Assembly: GCF_018977255.1 (NCBI RefSeq)
Contig: NW_024704743.1
Span: forward strand, 101,124,001 to 101,188,000
Source: Callorhinchus milii
Taxonomy: Eukaryota
Length of the DNA stretch: 64,000 nucleotides
Direction of reading: 5' to 3'
The translations under genes were made by a program, and so were the position numbers. Every line of letters starts with the position of its first letter. The first letter of the stretch is position 1. Below, one piece after another: positions 27,480 through 39,193 of the stretch. Below the pieces are notes generated by a model. The model was not told the origin of the DNA. It did no database searches and saw nothing but the letters and a program-made list of their open reading frames with translations.

Positions 27480-28145
27480 ACCTGAATGATCTAGTATTCT
27501 AAGGTGTGAAGGAATAGTGGGATCTTGGGGTAGAGATACACAATTCTTAAAAAGTAGCATTGCGAGTGAAGATAAAGCTTTAGCAAAGACAAATGGAATC
27601 CTGGGGTTATATATTGAGCATTTAATGTAAAAATAAAGAGGCTGTGCTAAACCTGCCCACAACAGTTGTTATAATCCAGTTGTTCAACCTGCAACTGGAA
27701 TATTGTATGCAGCTTTGGGTATCTTACTGTAGAAAGGCAAGAAGTATAACGTAAATTCACTAGGGTGAAACTATGAATCAGACAGTGTAGTTACAATGGA
27801 AGGATTAAAAATCTGAATCTGTATTCACTAAAGCAGAAAAGGTTGAGATCAAAATCAAACATCAACAATTATAAAGGGCTTTGAGGCAGTAAATGGCAAC
27901 AGAAGCATAAATTCATTATTGGAATGAATGACAAGGTCAACATTTTTTTCCAAGCACAAAATGTTATTAGAGCAACTAGTTGCCACAAATGGGTACTGTC
28001 AAATACACGTCATTTAAAAACAAATTATAATAATCTTGGAAAATAAAGATACAAAAAGGTCGGAGGAAAGAAGATTAGAATAGAGGAGCTATTATTGCAG
28101 CACAATGGCTGAATGATCTCCCTTTGCACTGAAATATCTATGATT
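27480..28145 (+). mobile_element. Highly degraded CR1 3' fragment
   Basis: Residual motifs (gcaaagacaaatggaatcctgggg, ctggaatattgtatgcagctttgg, gcagaaaaggttgaga) collinear with the CR1 at 50610-52150. Confidence 0.55.
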
Positions 28146-29155
28146 CTATGAATAAAATACACATCCCCTTTAATGTTTCCATCTACACTTGCAAAGTTCA
28201 TATCATTGAAAGTTGGCTGCATGCTGAATATTTTAAATATTTAGATCTTTTTACATCTTCAAACCAGAAGTCTTGAGTACTATAGATAGCACTGTTTAAT
28301 TACAAAATGCACACAGTGGTCCTTCCTTGTTGTCTTCTTTCTGAAGCATCACTTAAAAGTTTGCATGTACAAGCTCTCAATGATTGTATGAAAGCACCTA
28401 AAATGCATGGTAATTACTTCATAGAATTTCAAGCCATTAATCTACATAACTAGGGAGAAGGGAATCAAGGAGAGGAGTTCAGGAGGGGTGGAGGTTTATG
28501 TGAAGTACAACCACAGGCAAGGACTAGATGGGCTGAATGGCCTGCTTCCATGCTATAAAGTCAGTGTTGCCAATTTCCTAGAAATCATTTAAGATTAACC
28601 ACATGCAAGCAATTTAAAGTGACATGAAAATATGGGATAAAGGCAACTTATGACTAACTCTTGAATTTTTGAACATTGTGTAAGTGAACATAAAGAATAC
28701 TGTGTTGGTTAAAATCAACTTATGCAAGGCAACGTTTGCTCAGACTATTGCATTCTGAGCCTAAATTTATTGCTATTGAGGCGACAATTGGTTTTCCACA
28801 CAAGCTTACCTGTTTTATCACACTTGAAGTAGCTTAATATAATTTTAATATCATTTTTGTTTTCCTACTCAAGATGCGTTGCAAGTAAATTAACATTCAT
28901 TTCCCATAAGTAAGAGGCACCCAAACCTCAAACATCTAATGTTGTGTTGAAGGTATTTTTGCTCAAACTCATTAAGGAGAGCGTGCGTTCATACAATACT
29001 AGAAAAAGCATCAAGTTGGCAATTTTTTTCCAGCTAAAAAGAAAGTTCTGCTGTTCCACAAGACATTTAGATAAAATTAACAATTATGAAGACATACACC
29101 AGTAAGAACAAAAGAATTAATGCAATTTTCTCTCAACAGTTGTAAGAACTCCCAC

Positions 29156-29282
29156 CTGTTAGATTGAGGGGTTGACTGACGTCACTCATTGTTTCTGCGG
29201 TGATGGCATCAGATCCTATTCGCCGGCTCTTCTCAGCAGCTGTATTGCCCGCAGTGGCTTTCAGCTCATCAGGAGCAATCAT
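29156..29282 (-). CDS. L3MBTL4: L3MBTL-family gene, probable first coding exon (MIAPDELKATAGNTAAEKSRRIGSDAITAETMSDVSQPLNLT+G); whole exon about 29156-29306
   Basis: Not in the ORF track. Acceptor tacgcag| before 29306, in-frame TGA 24 nt upstream of an ATG with A at -3, 42 stop-free codons, and donor acag|gtggga in phase 1, which matches the phase-1 start (tg agc) of the 23129 exon. No homology support recalled for this segment. Paralogue symbol is tentative. Confidence 0.6.
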
Positions 29283-30764
29283 CCTTCTCCCTCCTCTCGA
29301 GGATCACTGCGTATTATAAAAATCAGATTGAAGTATTTCAATTTATTCATTACATATCTTGGAAAAGTACAAACCCCAGGTTGTGCAACCCACGTGTAAT
29401 AATGCAAGTATAAGGAGGGAATTACAGGTGGCTTCAATTATGTAATCCATCAATGAAAAGGACAAATAATTCTTGTATTTGAATAAGATTCCAAGCAATT
29501 CTAAAATCCTTGACATTGGTTGCTAACAACATAATTCAGGACACCCTTTCATTTTTTCATTTATATCATTACACGTAGTTAGCATAACTTGCAAATTAGC
29601 TTTACATTCAATTTCTTCTCAAGGACATTGAGAAAACTGATTAAAGCATCAATAATATTGCCTTAACAGATACGGAATCCATTTTCCTGGGCTCTTGTAA
29701 GAAAACCTTAATGGAAATTTAAGAACTTTTAACGTTTAAAAAAAAAGTATCATGCTAGTGGTAAAGACATTTAATGAAATATTTGCTGACAAGCAAAACC
29801 AAAGAGATTATCTAACGTTAACAGAATAGGAATACTACTGCAAAAGGGATCACTAACGGGAGTAATTCTTACATATTTTCTACAGCTAATAATAAGTTGT
29901 TTCCATGTCAGATTGCCCAAGGGCTAACAGTTGCATTCACAATGTGGGTATCACACATTAATATATTAGTTCAGTAACAGTATTAACTAATTGGAATATC
30001 ATAAATATGATTACATTTCAACAATCAGAATTAATTTTGCTCCTAAACAAGTTACTCTACCATCCCATTGCAAATTCTTGCCAGCAACAAGTTAACTGTT
30101 CCCAACAAAGAGACAGTAATATGTTTTAACAATGGGCTGCTCACTTAGTACAGATTAACTCTGTCAGATCTCCAATAATCCAGTGCATTTTTGTGAAACA
30201 AATCCTTGCAAAATGTCTTTAATAATTATTCCAGACAGCAACTACAACAAGTAGCCAGTCGGGTGTACTAGGCAATAAATTGTGAGACTACATGTTGCAA
30301 TGCTCTTTCCAGTCAGCTCATTACTCAATAATTACACACAATTACTAATACAACCTGTTAAACAATAAAACCACAGAGACCATAGCTATTCAGATCCCAC
30401 CCCCACCTCCAAATTACAACACAAGCAATGCTCTCCTTCATCTAATTGATGGGCTTATTCATCCTAAAGGGTATTCATTCAATTCATTCATTTGAGAGAG
30501 AGAGAGAGAGAGAATGAATCAGTTTTTATATGAAGCTCACACTGAGGGGAAACCAAACACATGCAACTTTCATCGGTATTAAAAACAAAGTGCTTCCGTT
30601 TCTCTAAAATGTGTGACTTCCGTGTTCAGCAAAACTGCAGGAAAAGCAACGAAAAAAAACAGCAACATATTATTACAATGTTTCAATGATTCCCCCACAC
30701 ACACCACCAGCACCACAGAGAGCAGAGCAGAGACACTGCACCAGCTGGTGTAATGCCAAACCCT

Positions 30765-31428
30765 CTCACACACACACACACATACAACATGCACACACTA
30801 CACACACCACACAACATACACACACAACATACAACATACACACACACCACACAACATACACACACAACATACACACACACCACACAACATACACACACAA
30901 CATACACACACAACATACACACACTACACACACAACATACACACACAACATACACACACCACACAACATACACACACAACATACACACACTACACACACC
31001 ACACAACAGACACACATAACACACAACATACACCACACAACATACACACACACCACACAACATACACCACACAACATACACACACAACACACACCACACA
31101 ACATACACACACTACACACACCACACAACATACACACACTACACACACCACACAACATACACCACACAACACACACACAACATTCAACACACATACACAA
31201 CATACATACAACACACAACATTGAACACACACACACAACATACAATACATACACACACACCACACAACATACATACAACACACACACACCACATCCATTC
31301 AACATACACACACAGCATACAACACACATACCATACAACATACCACACAGCATACAACACACACACAACATGCAACATACCACACAACATGCCACACACA
31401 CGCCAAATCAACACACACACACACATTC
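30765..31428. repeat. Compound CA-rich micro/minisatellite (cacacaacata-type units)
   Basis: Directly visible, almost G-free tandem array that degenerates toward its right end. Confidence 0.95.
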
Positions 31429-32542
31429 ACAGAGTTGAAACCTCTGATCGGATGCTGGACTCCCTCCGGCAGCTCGAAAAAAAAAAGAAACTGCATGAAA
31501 CCAACACAACAAAACAAAACAACAGCGACAACAACAAAAAGCCATTTGCACTTTCTTTTTTTTTTGCTTTGTTTGGAAACAAAAACAGCAACAACCAAAA
31601 AAAAACAGAAGTGAATTTCTGCTACTGAGAGAGAGAGATATTGACACTTCGGACCAATGCAACAGAACATTTAAAACATAAATAAATAATATAAATATAT
31701 ATATGTATATATATATATATATGCATCGATGCAATGAAAACTCAAGGAACTGTAGCAGATCACCTGCTGCTCACTGCTCAGCGCAGAGAAACACTTAATG
31801 GTGATGTTGTGTGGTTTGGCTCTGGTTGCAGTCAGCACTTTCTTCTTCTTTTTTTTGTGTGTGTGTCATTCGCCTTTAATTTACTTTTCTCTCCATCGCT
31901 GTGACACCAACAACCTGCAGAGGGATGGTAAAGAGGGGGAATGGAGGAGGGGGGAGAGGATGGATGGAGGGATGGATGGATGGATGGAGGAGGAGGAGGA
32001 GGGGGGAAGAGAGGAAATAGAAAAATACATTTTACAGAAATTTGCAGAGATATGAATCAAAATGGCGGTGCAAAAGAAATATTTACAAAGCACAAGGAAT
32101 GTCCAGTATTATATATGTATATAGATACAGATACATATAATAGTCAGGTTTGTTTATTTATTTTGATTGCATATTGCACACACATATATATATAAAAAAA
32201 ACACTGGAGGAGAAACTGCAACCCCCAGAGCTGCTGAAAATGTTATCCAGTTGAATTTTGGGGGGAAATGGCTATAAAGTAACCAGTGTATGTGTATGTG
32301 TGTGTGTGTGGGGGGGGGGGTGGGGGGGGGGGTGGGGGGTGGACCTGGAATTGTTTTGGGGGTTAAAAAAAAGCAGTGACTTTCTCTCTCTCTCTCTCTC
32401 TCTCTCCACTCCCATTCTGGGGGGGGGGGGGGTGGGGGGTGTTGGCAGCAAATAAAAAAAAAGTTGCAATGAAATACGATGCACAGGAGACGCCAAGTGT
32501 GTTATTTAGAGGAACACTGGACGTGAATAGAGAGAGAAAAAG

Positions 32543-32579
<37 letters not shown>

Positions 32580-32677
32580 GAAATTCGACGTCTTTTCTCA
32601 CCTGCGGCCACATTTATTTTTTAGAAAAAACAAATCAAACACTTTTTTAAAAATTTGCTGAAATAGAAATGTGGTGT

Positions 32678-33493
32678 TCCCCCCTCTCTCTCCCACCCCC
32701 ACACCCCCCCTCTCTCTCCCACCCCCACACCCCCCCTCTCTCTCCCACCCCCACACCCCCCCTCTCTGCTGCACCCCCACACCCCCCCTCTCTCTCCCAC
32801 CCCCACACCCCCTCTCTGCTGCACCCCCACACCCCCCTCTCTCTGCTGCACCCCCACACCCCCCTCTCTCTGCTGCACCCCCACACCCCCTCTCTCTGCT
32901 GCACCCCCACACCCCCCCTCTCTGCTGCACCCCCACACCCCCCCCTCTCTGCTGCACCCCCACACCCCCCCCCTCTCTGCTGCACCCCCACACCCCCCTC
33001 TCTGCTGCACCCCCACACCCCCCCTCTCTCTACTGCACCCCCACAACCCCCTCTCTCTGCTGCACCCCCACACCCCCCCTCTCTCTACTGCACCCCCACA
33101 ACCCCCTCTCTCTGCTGCCCCCTCTCTCTCTCTGCTGCATCCCCACCCCCCCCCTCTCTACTGCACCCCCCTCTCTCTGCTGCCCCCCCCTCTCTGTGCT
33201 GCCCCCCCTCTCTGTGCTGCCCCCCCATCCCCCCCCTCTCTCTGCTGCCCCCCCTCTCTGTGCTGCCCCCCCTCTCTGCTGCCCCCCTCTCTGTGCTGCC
33301 CCCCCCTCTCTGTGCTGCCCCCCCCTCTCTGTGCTGCCCCCCATCCCCCCCCCTCTCTGTGCTGCCCCCCATCCCCCCCCCTCTCTGTGCTGCCCCCCCC
33401 CCTCTGCCGCCCCCCTCTGCTGCCCCCCCCCTCTCTCTGCTGCCCCCCCATCCCCCCCCCCTCTCTGTGCTGCCCCCCCATCCCCCCCCCCCC
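32678..33493. repeat. C-rich minisatellite (ctctctgctgcacccccacacccccc, then ctctctgtgctgccccccc units)
   Basis: Directly visible tandem units with runs of several C. The minus strand is G-rich. Confidence 0.95.
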
Positions 33494-33499
33494 ACACAC

Positions 33500-33950
33500 A
33501 CAGACGGCGAATGATAAATTGTTGCAATAGTTTCAATCGCAAAGGAGCGGTTCTCGAGCGGCAGCGATTCCGCATTGAGAGCGTCATTTAAACTCCGGAG
33601 ACAGAGAGACAGAGACAGAGAGAGACGAGAAGTCAGTGCATCGCTGACAGCAGAAAACTGTCTGCAAAGTGACCAACAAACTCTGTGCCAATCCCCCCCC
33701 ACACTCGCTATTGCTCCTTTTACCCCCTCCCTCCCTCCCCCCTTTGCTATTGTAAAAAAAAATCATTGAATTTCCTTACCAGCGAGAGCTCTGACACTGG
33801 GCCCTTTATATATATATATATGTACAGCTGGGAGAGAGAGTGAGTGTGTGAGAGAGAGTGAGGGAGAGATAGAGAGACAGAGAGAGAGAGAGAGGGGCAA
33901 AGCGCAGGCGCGGAGAGCACCCACTGCTGGAGGCAGCGAAGCATCAAACT
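33500..33950 (-). promoter_or_regulatory. Putative L3MBTL promoter/non-coding first exon region
   Basis: Local CpG enrichment, GCGCAGGCGC (NRF1-like) at 33902-33911, and strong minus-strand donors ctg|gtaagg (exon end 33780) and cag|gtgaga (exon end 32602). Inferred only. Confidence 0.4.
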
Positions 33951-35238
33951 CCACCTGCACTGAGCAAAGAGAAGAGGGAGAGAGAGGGAGAGAATAAAGA
34001 GAGAGAGTCCACCTGTACTGAGCAAAGAGAAGAGGGAGAGAGAGGGAGAGAATAAAGAGAGTCCACCTGTACTGAGCAAAGAGAGAGGGAGAGAGAGTGA
34101 GAGAATAAAGAGAGAGAGTCCACCTGTACTGAGCAAAGAGAAGAGGGAGAGAGAGGGAGAGAATAAAGAGAGAGAGTCCACCTGCACTGAGCAAAGAGAG
34201 AGGGAGAGAGTAAAGAGAGAGAGTCCACCTGTACTGAGCAAAGAGAAGAGGGAGAGAGAGGGAGAGAATAAAGAGAGAGAGTCCACCTGTACTGAGCAAA
34301 GAGAGAGGGAGAGAGTAAAGAGAGAGAGTCCACCTGTACTGAGCAAAGAGAGAGAGAGTGAGAGAATAAAGAGAAAGTCCACCTGTACTGAGCAAAGAGA
34401 GAGGGAGAGAGTGAGAGAATAAAGAGAGAGAGTCCACCTGTACTGAGCAAAGAGAGAGAGAGTGAGAGAATAAAGAGAGAGTCCACCTGCACTGAGCAAA
34501 GAGAGAGGGAGAGAGAGTGAGAGAATAAAGAGAGAGAGTCCACCTGTACTGAGCAAAGAGAGAGGGAGAGAATAAAGAGAGAGAGTCCACCTGTACTGAG
34601 CAAAGAGAGAGAGAGAGTGAGAGAATAAAGAGAGAGTCCACCTGCACTGAGCAAAGAGAGAGGGAGAGAGAGTGAGAGAATAAAGAGAGAGAGTCCACCT
34701 GTACTGAGCAAAGAGAGAGAGAGAGTGAGAGAATAAAGAGAGAGTCCACCTGCACTGAGCAAAGACAGAGGGAGAGAGAGTGAGAGAATAAAGAGAGAGA
34801 GTCCACCTGTACTGAGCAAAGAGAGAGAGAGAGAATAAAGAGAGAGTCCACCTGTACTGAGCAAAGAGAGAGAGAGAATAAAGAGAGAGTCCACCTGTAC
34901 TGAGCAAAGAGAGAGAGAGAGAGTGAGAGAATAAAGAGAGAGAGTGAGAGAATAAAGAGAGAGTCCACCTGTACTGAGCAAAGAGAGAGAGAATAAAGAG
35001 AGAGAGTCCATCTGTATTGAGCAAAGAGAGAGAGAGTGAGAGAATAAAGAGAGAGAGTCCACCTGTACTGAGCAAAGAGAGAGAGAATAAAGAGAGAGAG
35101 TCCATCTGTATTGAGCAAAGAGAGAGAGAGAGTGAGAGAATAAAGAGAGTCCACCTGCACTGAGCAAGGAGAGAGAGTGAGAGAATAAAGAGAGAGTCCA
35201 CCTGTACTGAGCAAAGAGAGAGAGAGAATAAAGAGAGA
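33951..35238. repeat. Minisatellite: 25 copies of core (GT)CCACCTGYACTGAGCAAAG separated by variable (GA)n spacers, most with AATAAA
   Basis: Cores counted by eye from 33951 to 35196. Two are variants (CCATCTGTATTGAGC at about 35006 and 35100). Period about 43-74 bp. Confidence 0.95.
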
Positions 35239-37039
35239 GGTTCAAGCCCCACATCTGGATTTTTGAGCTCACACGTTCTACAAAGCAATGTTGGGGGAGT
35301 GCTGAAGCTCTGTACTTCGGAGGACACGTTACATTGAGGTCCTGTGTGTCTGATCAGACGGATGCTGAAGATCCAATAAAACTATTCGAAAGAGAAGGGA
35401 GTATTGTAATGTATAGTTGACCAAGGAACATGATTACAAGTGATCATGTAAGCATTAGATTGAATAAAAGAACTTGTTTTTTGGATGTTTTATCATTGTA
35501 AAAATATTGAAGTGCTTCACATGTAATCACAGTCAAGTGTAGTGGAGGAAATATCCCACAGATCAGAGGATTTTAGTCTGTGGGTTGCATTGCCTCTGTT
35601 ATAGCTGGGCAAAGCTGTTTTTATGAAATATAGTATTCTTTTCACTCTACCATTCCTTTCTCAACTGACCCCTTTTCATATACATGAGGGATTTAGACTG
35701 GTGAAGGATCTGTTTTCTGTGAAATAGGAAACAAATCTAATATAGCTTCAAATCTTCAGATATGTTGGTGGATGTTTGCCACCCTCCTAATATAATTTTG
35801 ATCTGTTTGTTTTCTTTACCAAAGGATGGATCAATGATATGAACAATTTTCAATTTGTAGTATTTGAACTGAATAATAATCATTGCATTTGAAATAGCAT
35901 CTTATCATCTCATCAATACATCTCAAGGGGCTTCAGAGGATTTTTACTGTGAAGTACAGTGACTGTATTTTATAGGCAAATACAGAAGACAAATTGCACC
36001 AAAGCCACATCCCACAATCAACCATGATGTGAATGACCACTTTTATTTGACAATTTGGTTGCCAGAACTCCAAGACAAACACTGTTCTCTTTTCAAAGCG
36101 TGTCATGAGATCTTTAACATTCACCAGAAGATACAAATGAGACCTTGTTTTAACATCTCATTCTGACAAAGCTCAGCACTGGTTTCAGCCTAGACTGTGA
36201 GCCCAAAATCCTGATGTAGTCTGTAAACCTGGACACCTTCTGACTTAGAGGCAAGAGTGCTACCAACTGAGCCAGGCTACCATCTGATGTGTTATTACAA
36301 TGACTGTCTTTTTTCCAAAACTGATATACATTTTTTCACAGTCAGGGCAACCTTATCAAGGCTATTGCCAAAGCATCTGATTGTTGCTACTGGAATCTAA
36401 AAAGGTCTTCACAGGAGAATTTAACCTTGAGGATAGCTTCCTCCAAGTGAACTCAATTCTCAATTACTGATAAAATTGGAACATTATTCAAGTATTCTTT
36501 TTGAGGGCAAATTGTTTCATGTCTTTCATACTTTTCTTTTTTGTGTCATATGTGAATTGGGGATGCTTTGCGACATCCCCCTGACATGAAAGGTGCTATA
36601 TAATTACAATTTGTTATTGTTGTTGAATTATGCTCCAATGTAGGAAAATGGTGGAAACAATTCAGTGCTGAAATTTTGTCTTTTCAAAAGAATTGGAAGG
36701 AATCCTCTTCCACAATGCAATGTAGGTTTGTCAGTGTCAAGTTATTCATTGGTCAATGTCAAGTTTTTTATAGTGTGTACTGCACAATGGAACAACCACA
36801 TTCACTGTGCTGGAGAATTTGCAAAGGAGTCGTTAGTTTACCACATATATACATACCAGGATCTAGTTGTATAGGGGTGAATTGTTAAAAGAATGCTGGC
36901 ATTGGTATTAAACTGGCTCTTTTGTATTACAGGACTCACAATCTTGAAATGGGGCATATAATTGGCCTTATCTGTGTCACATATAAATTTTAATTTTGGA
37001 CCAAATTATTTTTTTAAAAAATGCTTTAAGGGATTTTTA

Positions 37040-37212
37040 TCCCTGAAAAAGCCATCTGTTAATCGACTAACAACCGGGTTCCTACTTACTACTAGGTAAA
37101 CAAAGGCACGTGGAGTAAGGAAACTTGCCCAATGTTTCGCCCAGCCCAGGAATTGAACCCAGGTCCTCTCACTTGCAAGGAGAGTGCTCTAACCTCTGAG
37201 CTACAGGACTCC
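37040..37212 (-). mobile_element. SINE 5' half (long variant)
   Basis: Collinear with 44590-44752. Confidence 0.85.
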
Positions 37213-38886
37213 ACAAATTACAAATACTGGAAATAGTTGGAGCTCCATCAAAATTGTAAAAACATACAATATTGCTGCACAGAAATCGGCAATTCAGTCA
37301 CCAAGTCTACAATGGTGTTTCCTTCTATTCTTTTCACTCCCCATTCCCGTTATCACGTGTTGTCTTCAAGAATCTTTATAATTCCCTATCAAAAGAATAT
37401 AAAGCTCTGTCTCAACTCAAATTTGTGACAGAGAATTCCACATTCCCAACAGTCTCTACATTAAACCTTTGCTAACTAAATCTCCCCATTGTTTTTTTTT
37501 GTGATTTTGTGATCTTATCTGAAATTTGTGTCCTTTAGTTCTCAATTTGTTGAAGACTATTTACTTCTGAAGTGATATGAGCTACTTCATTATGGTAAGT
37601 TTCTGTAGAAATGCAGGTTCTTTCTTTATGGCACTGTTTTGGCCTTTCTGCTAAAATAATGATTATCCATTAGATTTTGCATGTGAGTCGACTGTTCTCT
37701 TTGTACCTTCAGCAAAATATAGTTCCCTGTTGTTCGCATTCTTATTTGTTTCCTCTTTATTTTCTTAATTTTGCTTTAGTGGTTTCTTTTAAATGTACAA
37801 AATTATCATTCTTAGTTCGATTGCATATTTTTAAGAGTAAATACATCTGTCTATGTTATATAAATGCTTTATTTCCTTGACCAAGGTTTACAATAATATT
37901 AATAATAATTGATGCATTTGATATGAACTATAATGTTGAAATTTTACATTATGCCTCAAATATTGAAGTCTTAAAGCATTTCAAATGGATTTTTTTGTGA
38001 AGTGCGGTGTATTTGTGGGGAAACATAATGTTCCCCAATGTTCCACCGCCAGGCAGTGAATGTCCAAAGGATCTGGTTGACACTTGGCAAGGTGAGATAT
38101 AACTGAGATGGCTGTTGTGTTAATTCTAAATCAACATTTATTATGTCAAGAAAAAAATCTTTGAGGTGTTCATCTTGTAATGTATTGCCATCTTCAGCCC
38201 TATCCCAATAATGCAGTGCATAATTATGACCTGGAATTTAAGAATAATTGCAAATATTAAAAACATGTTCAACGTGTGGAGAATAAATTCTAAATTAATT
38301 TCATTATTGCTCAGCGTGAAACCAAAAGCTATAGCAAAATAAAAAGCCAAACCAGTCAGTCTGCTTAAGTTGCCAGTCAGTCTGCTAAGTGCTAGATTGC
38401 CAATATGGAGTACTCCCCCAATGTTAAGTGTTCTGGGACCCTACCCTGCATGAGGGACACTATATAAATGCAAGTTGTTGTTGCAGAGTTTAGACTACAT
38501 CAAATATAGAGCAGCAATGGAACAACACCAATCCAACAAGCAAAACTAAACAATAAAGCTGGTGAATAAAACAAGATTTATATTCTACATTTCCACCAGT
38601 CTCTATATTAGACCTTTGCTAACCTTCCCTTAATTGTTTGTAATTTTGTGATCTTATCTAAAATTTGTGCGCTTTAGTTTTCAATTTGCTGATGACTGAA
38701 GTGGTTTCATTATGGTAAGTTTCTATAGAAATCATAATACTGTATGTGTAACTGAGGTTTATATCCTAACTCAGTTATGCAGGTTGGCATTCCTCTAAAT
38801 GTTATGTGCAAGCAGGAGAAGATGAATTACAATAACTCAAGAGCAATTCCCTGCTTCATACAAATCCATTTACCTGTAAACCTGCA

Positions 38887-39193
38887 GGAGTCCTGTAGCT
38901 CAGTGGTAGAGCACTCACCTTGCAAGCAAGAGATCTGGGTTCGATTCCCTGCAGGGCAAAACCTTGGGCAAGTTTTCTTACTCCACATATCTGATAATAA
39001 TCCCTCAAGAAATAAAACAATAATAAAATTGGTCACTTCAATCCACGACTGTTTGTGAGACACTGCTGTACACAATTGGCTACCACGTTTAGTCCACAAA
39101 TATACAGTCAATTCATTTTACAGTCTATTCTATGAAGCGCTTTGAGACGTCTAGAAGACGTGAAAAGCGCTGTATCAAAACACAAGGATTATA
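38887..39193 (+). mobile_element. Full-length tRNA(Ala-like)-headed SINE with Deu-like core and LINE-derived tail
   Basis: A box TAGCTCAGTGG, TTGCAAG anticodon loop, B box GGTTCGATTCC, core ctgtttgtgagacactgctgtacacaattggc, tail gaagcgctttgagacgtc...caaggattat. Confidence 0.9.

Noticed and set aside
33951..35238. CRISPR array (conserved repeat plus variable spacer appearance)
   Set aside because: The spacers are low-complexity (GA)n variants of one another rather than unique sequences, there are no cas genes, and the context is vertebrate.
30579..35327. Long ORFs (up to 526 aa) across the tandem arrays
   Set aside because: Low-complexity translations of stop-poor repeats, open in several frames on both strands.
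38887..38960. tRNA-Ala(TGC) gene
   Set aside because: It has A and B boxes but runs straight into a SINE body and tail, and recurs as diverged copies. It is a SINE head, not a tRNA gene.
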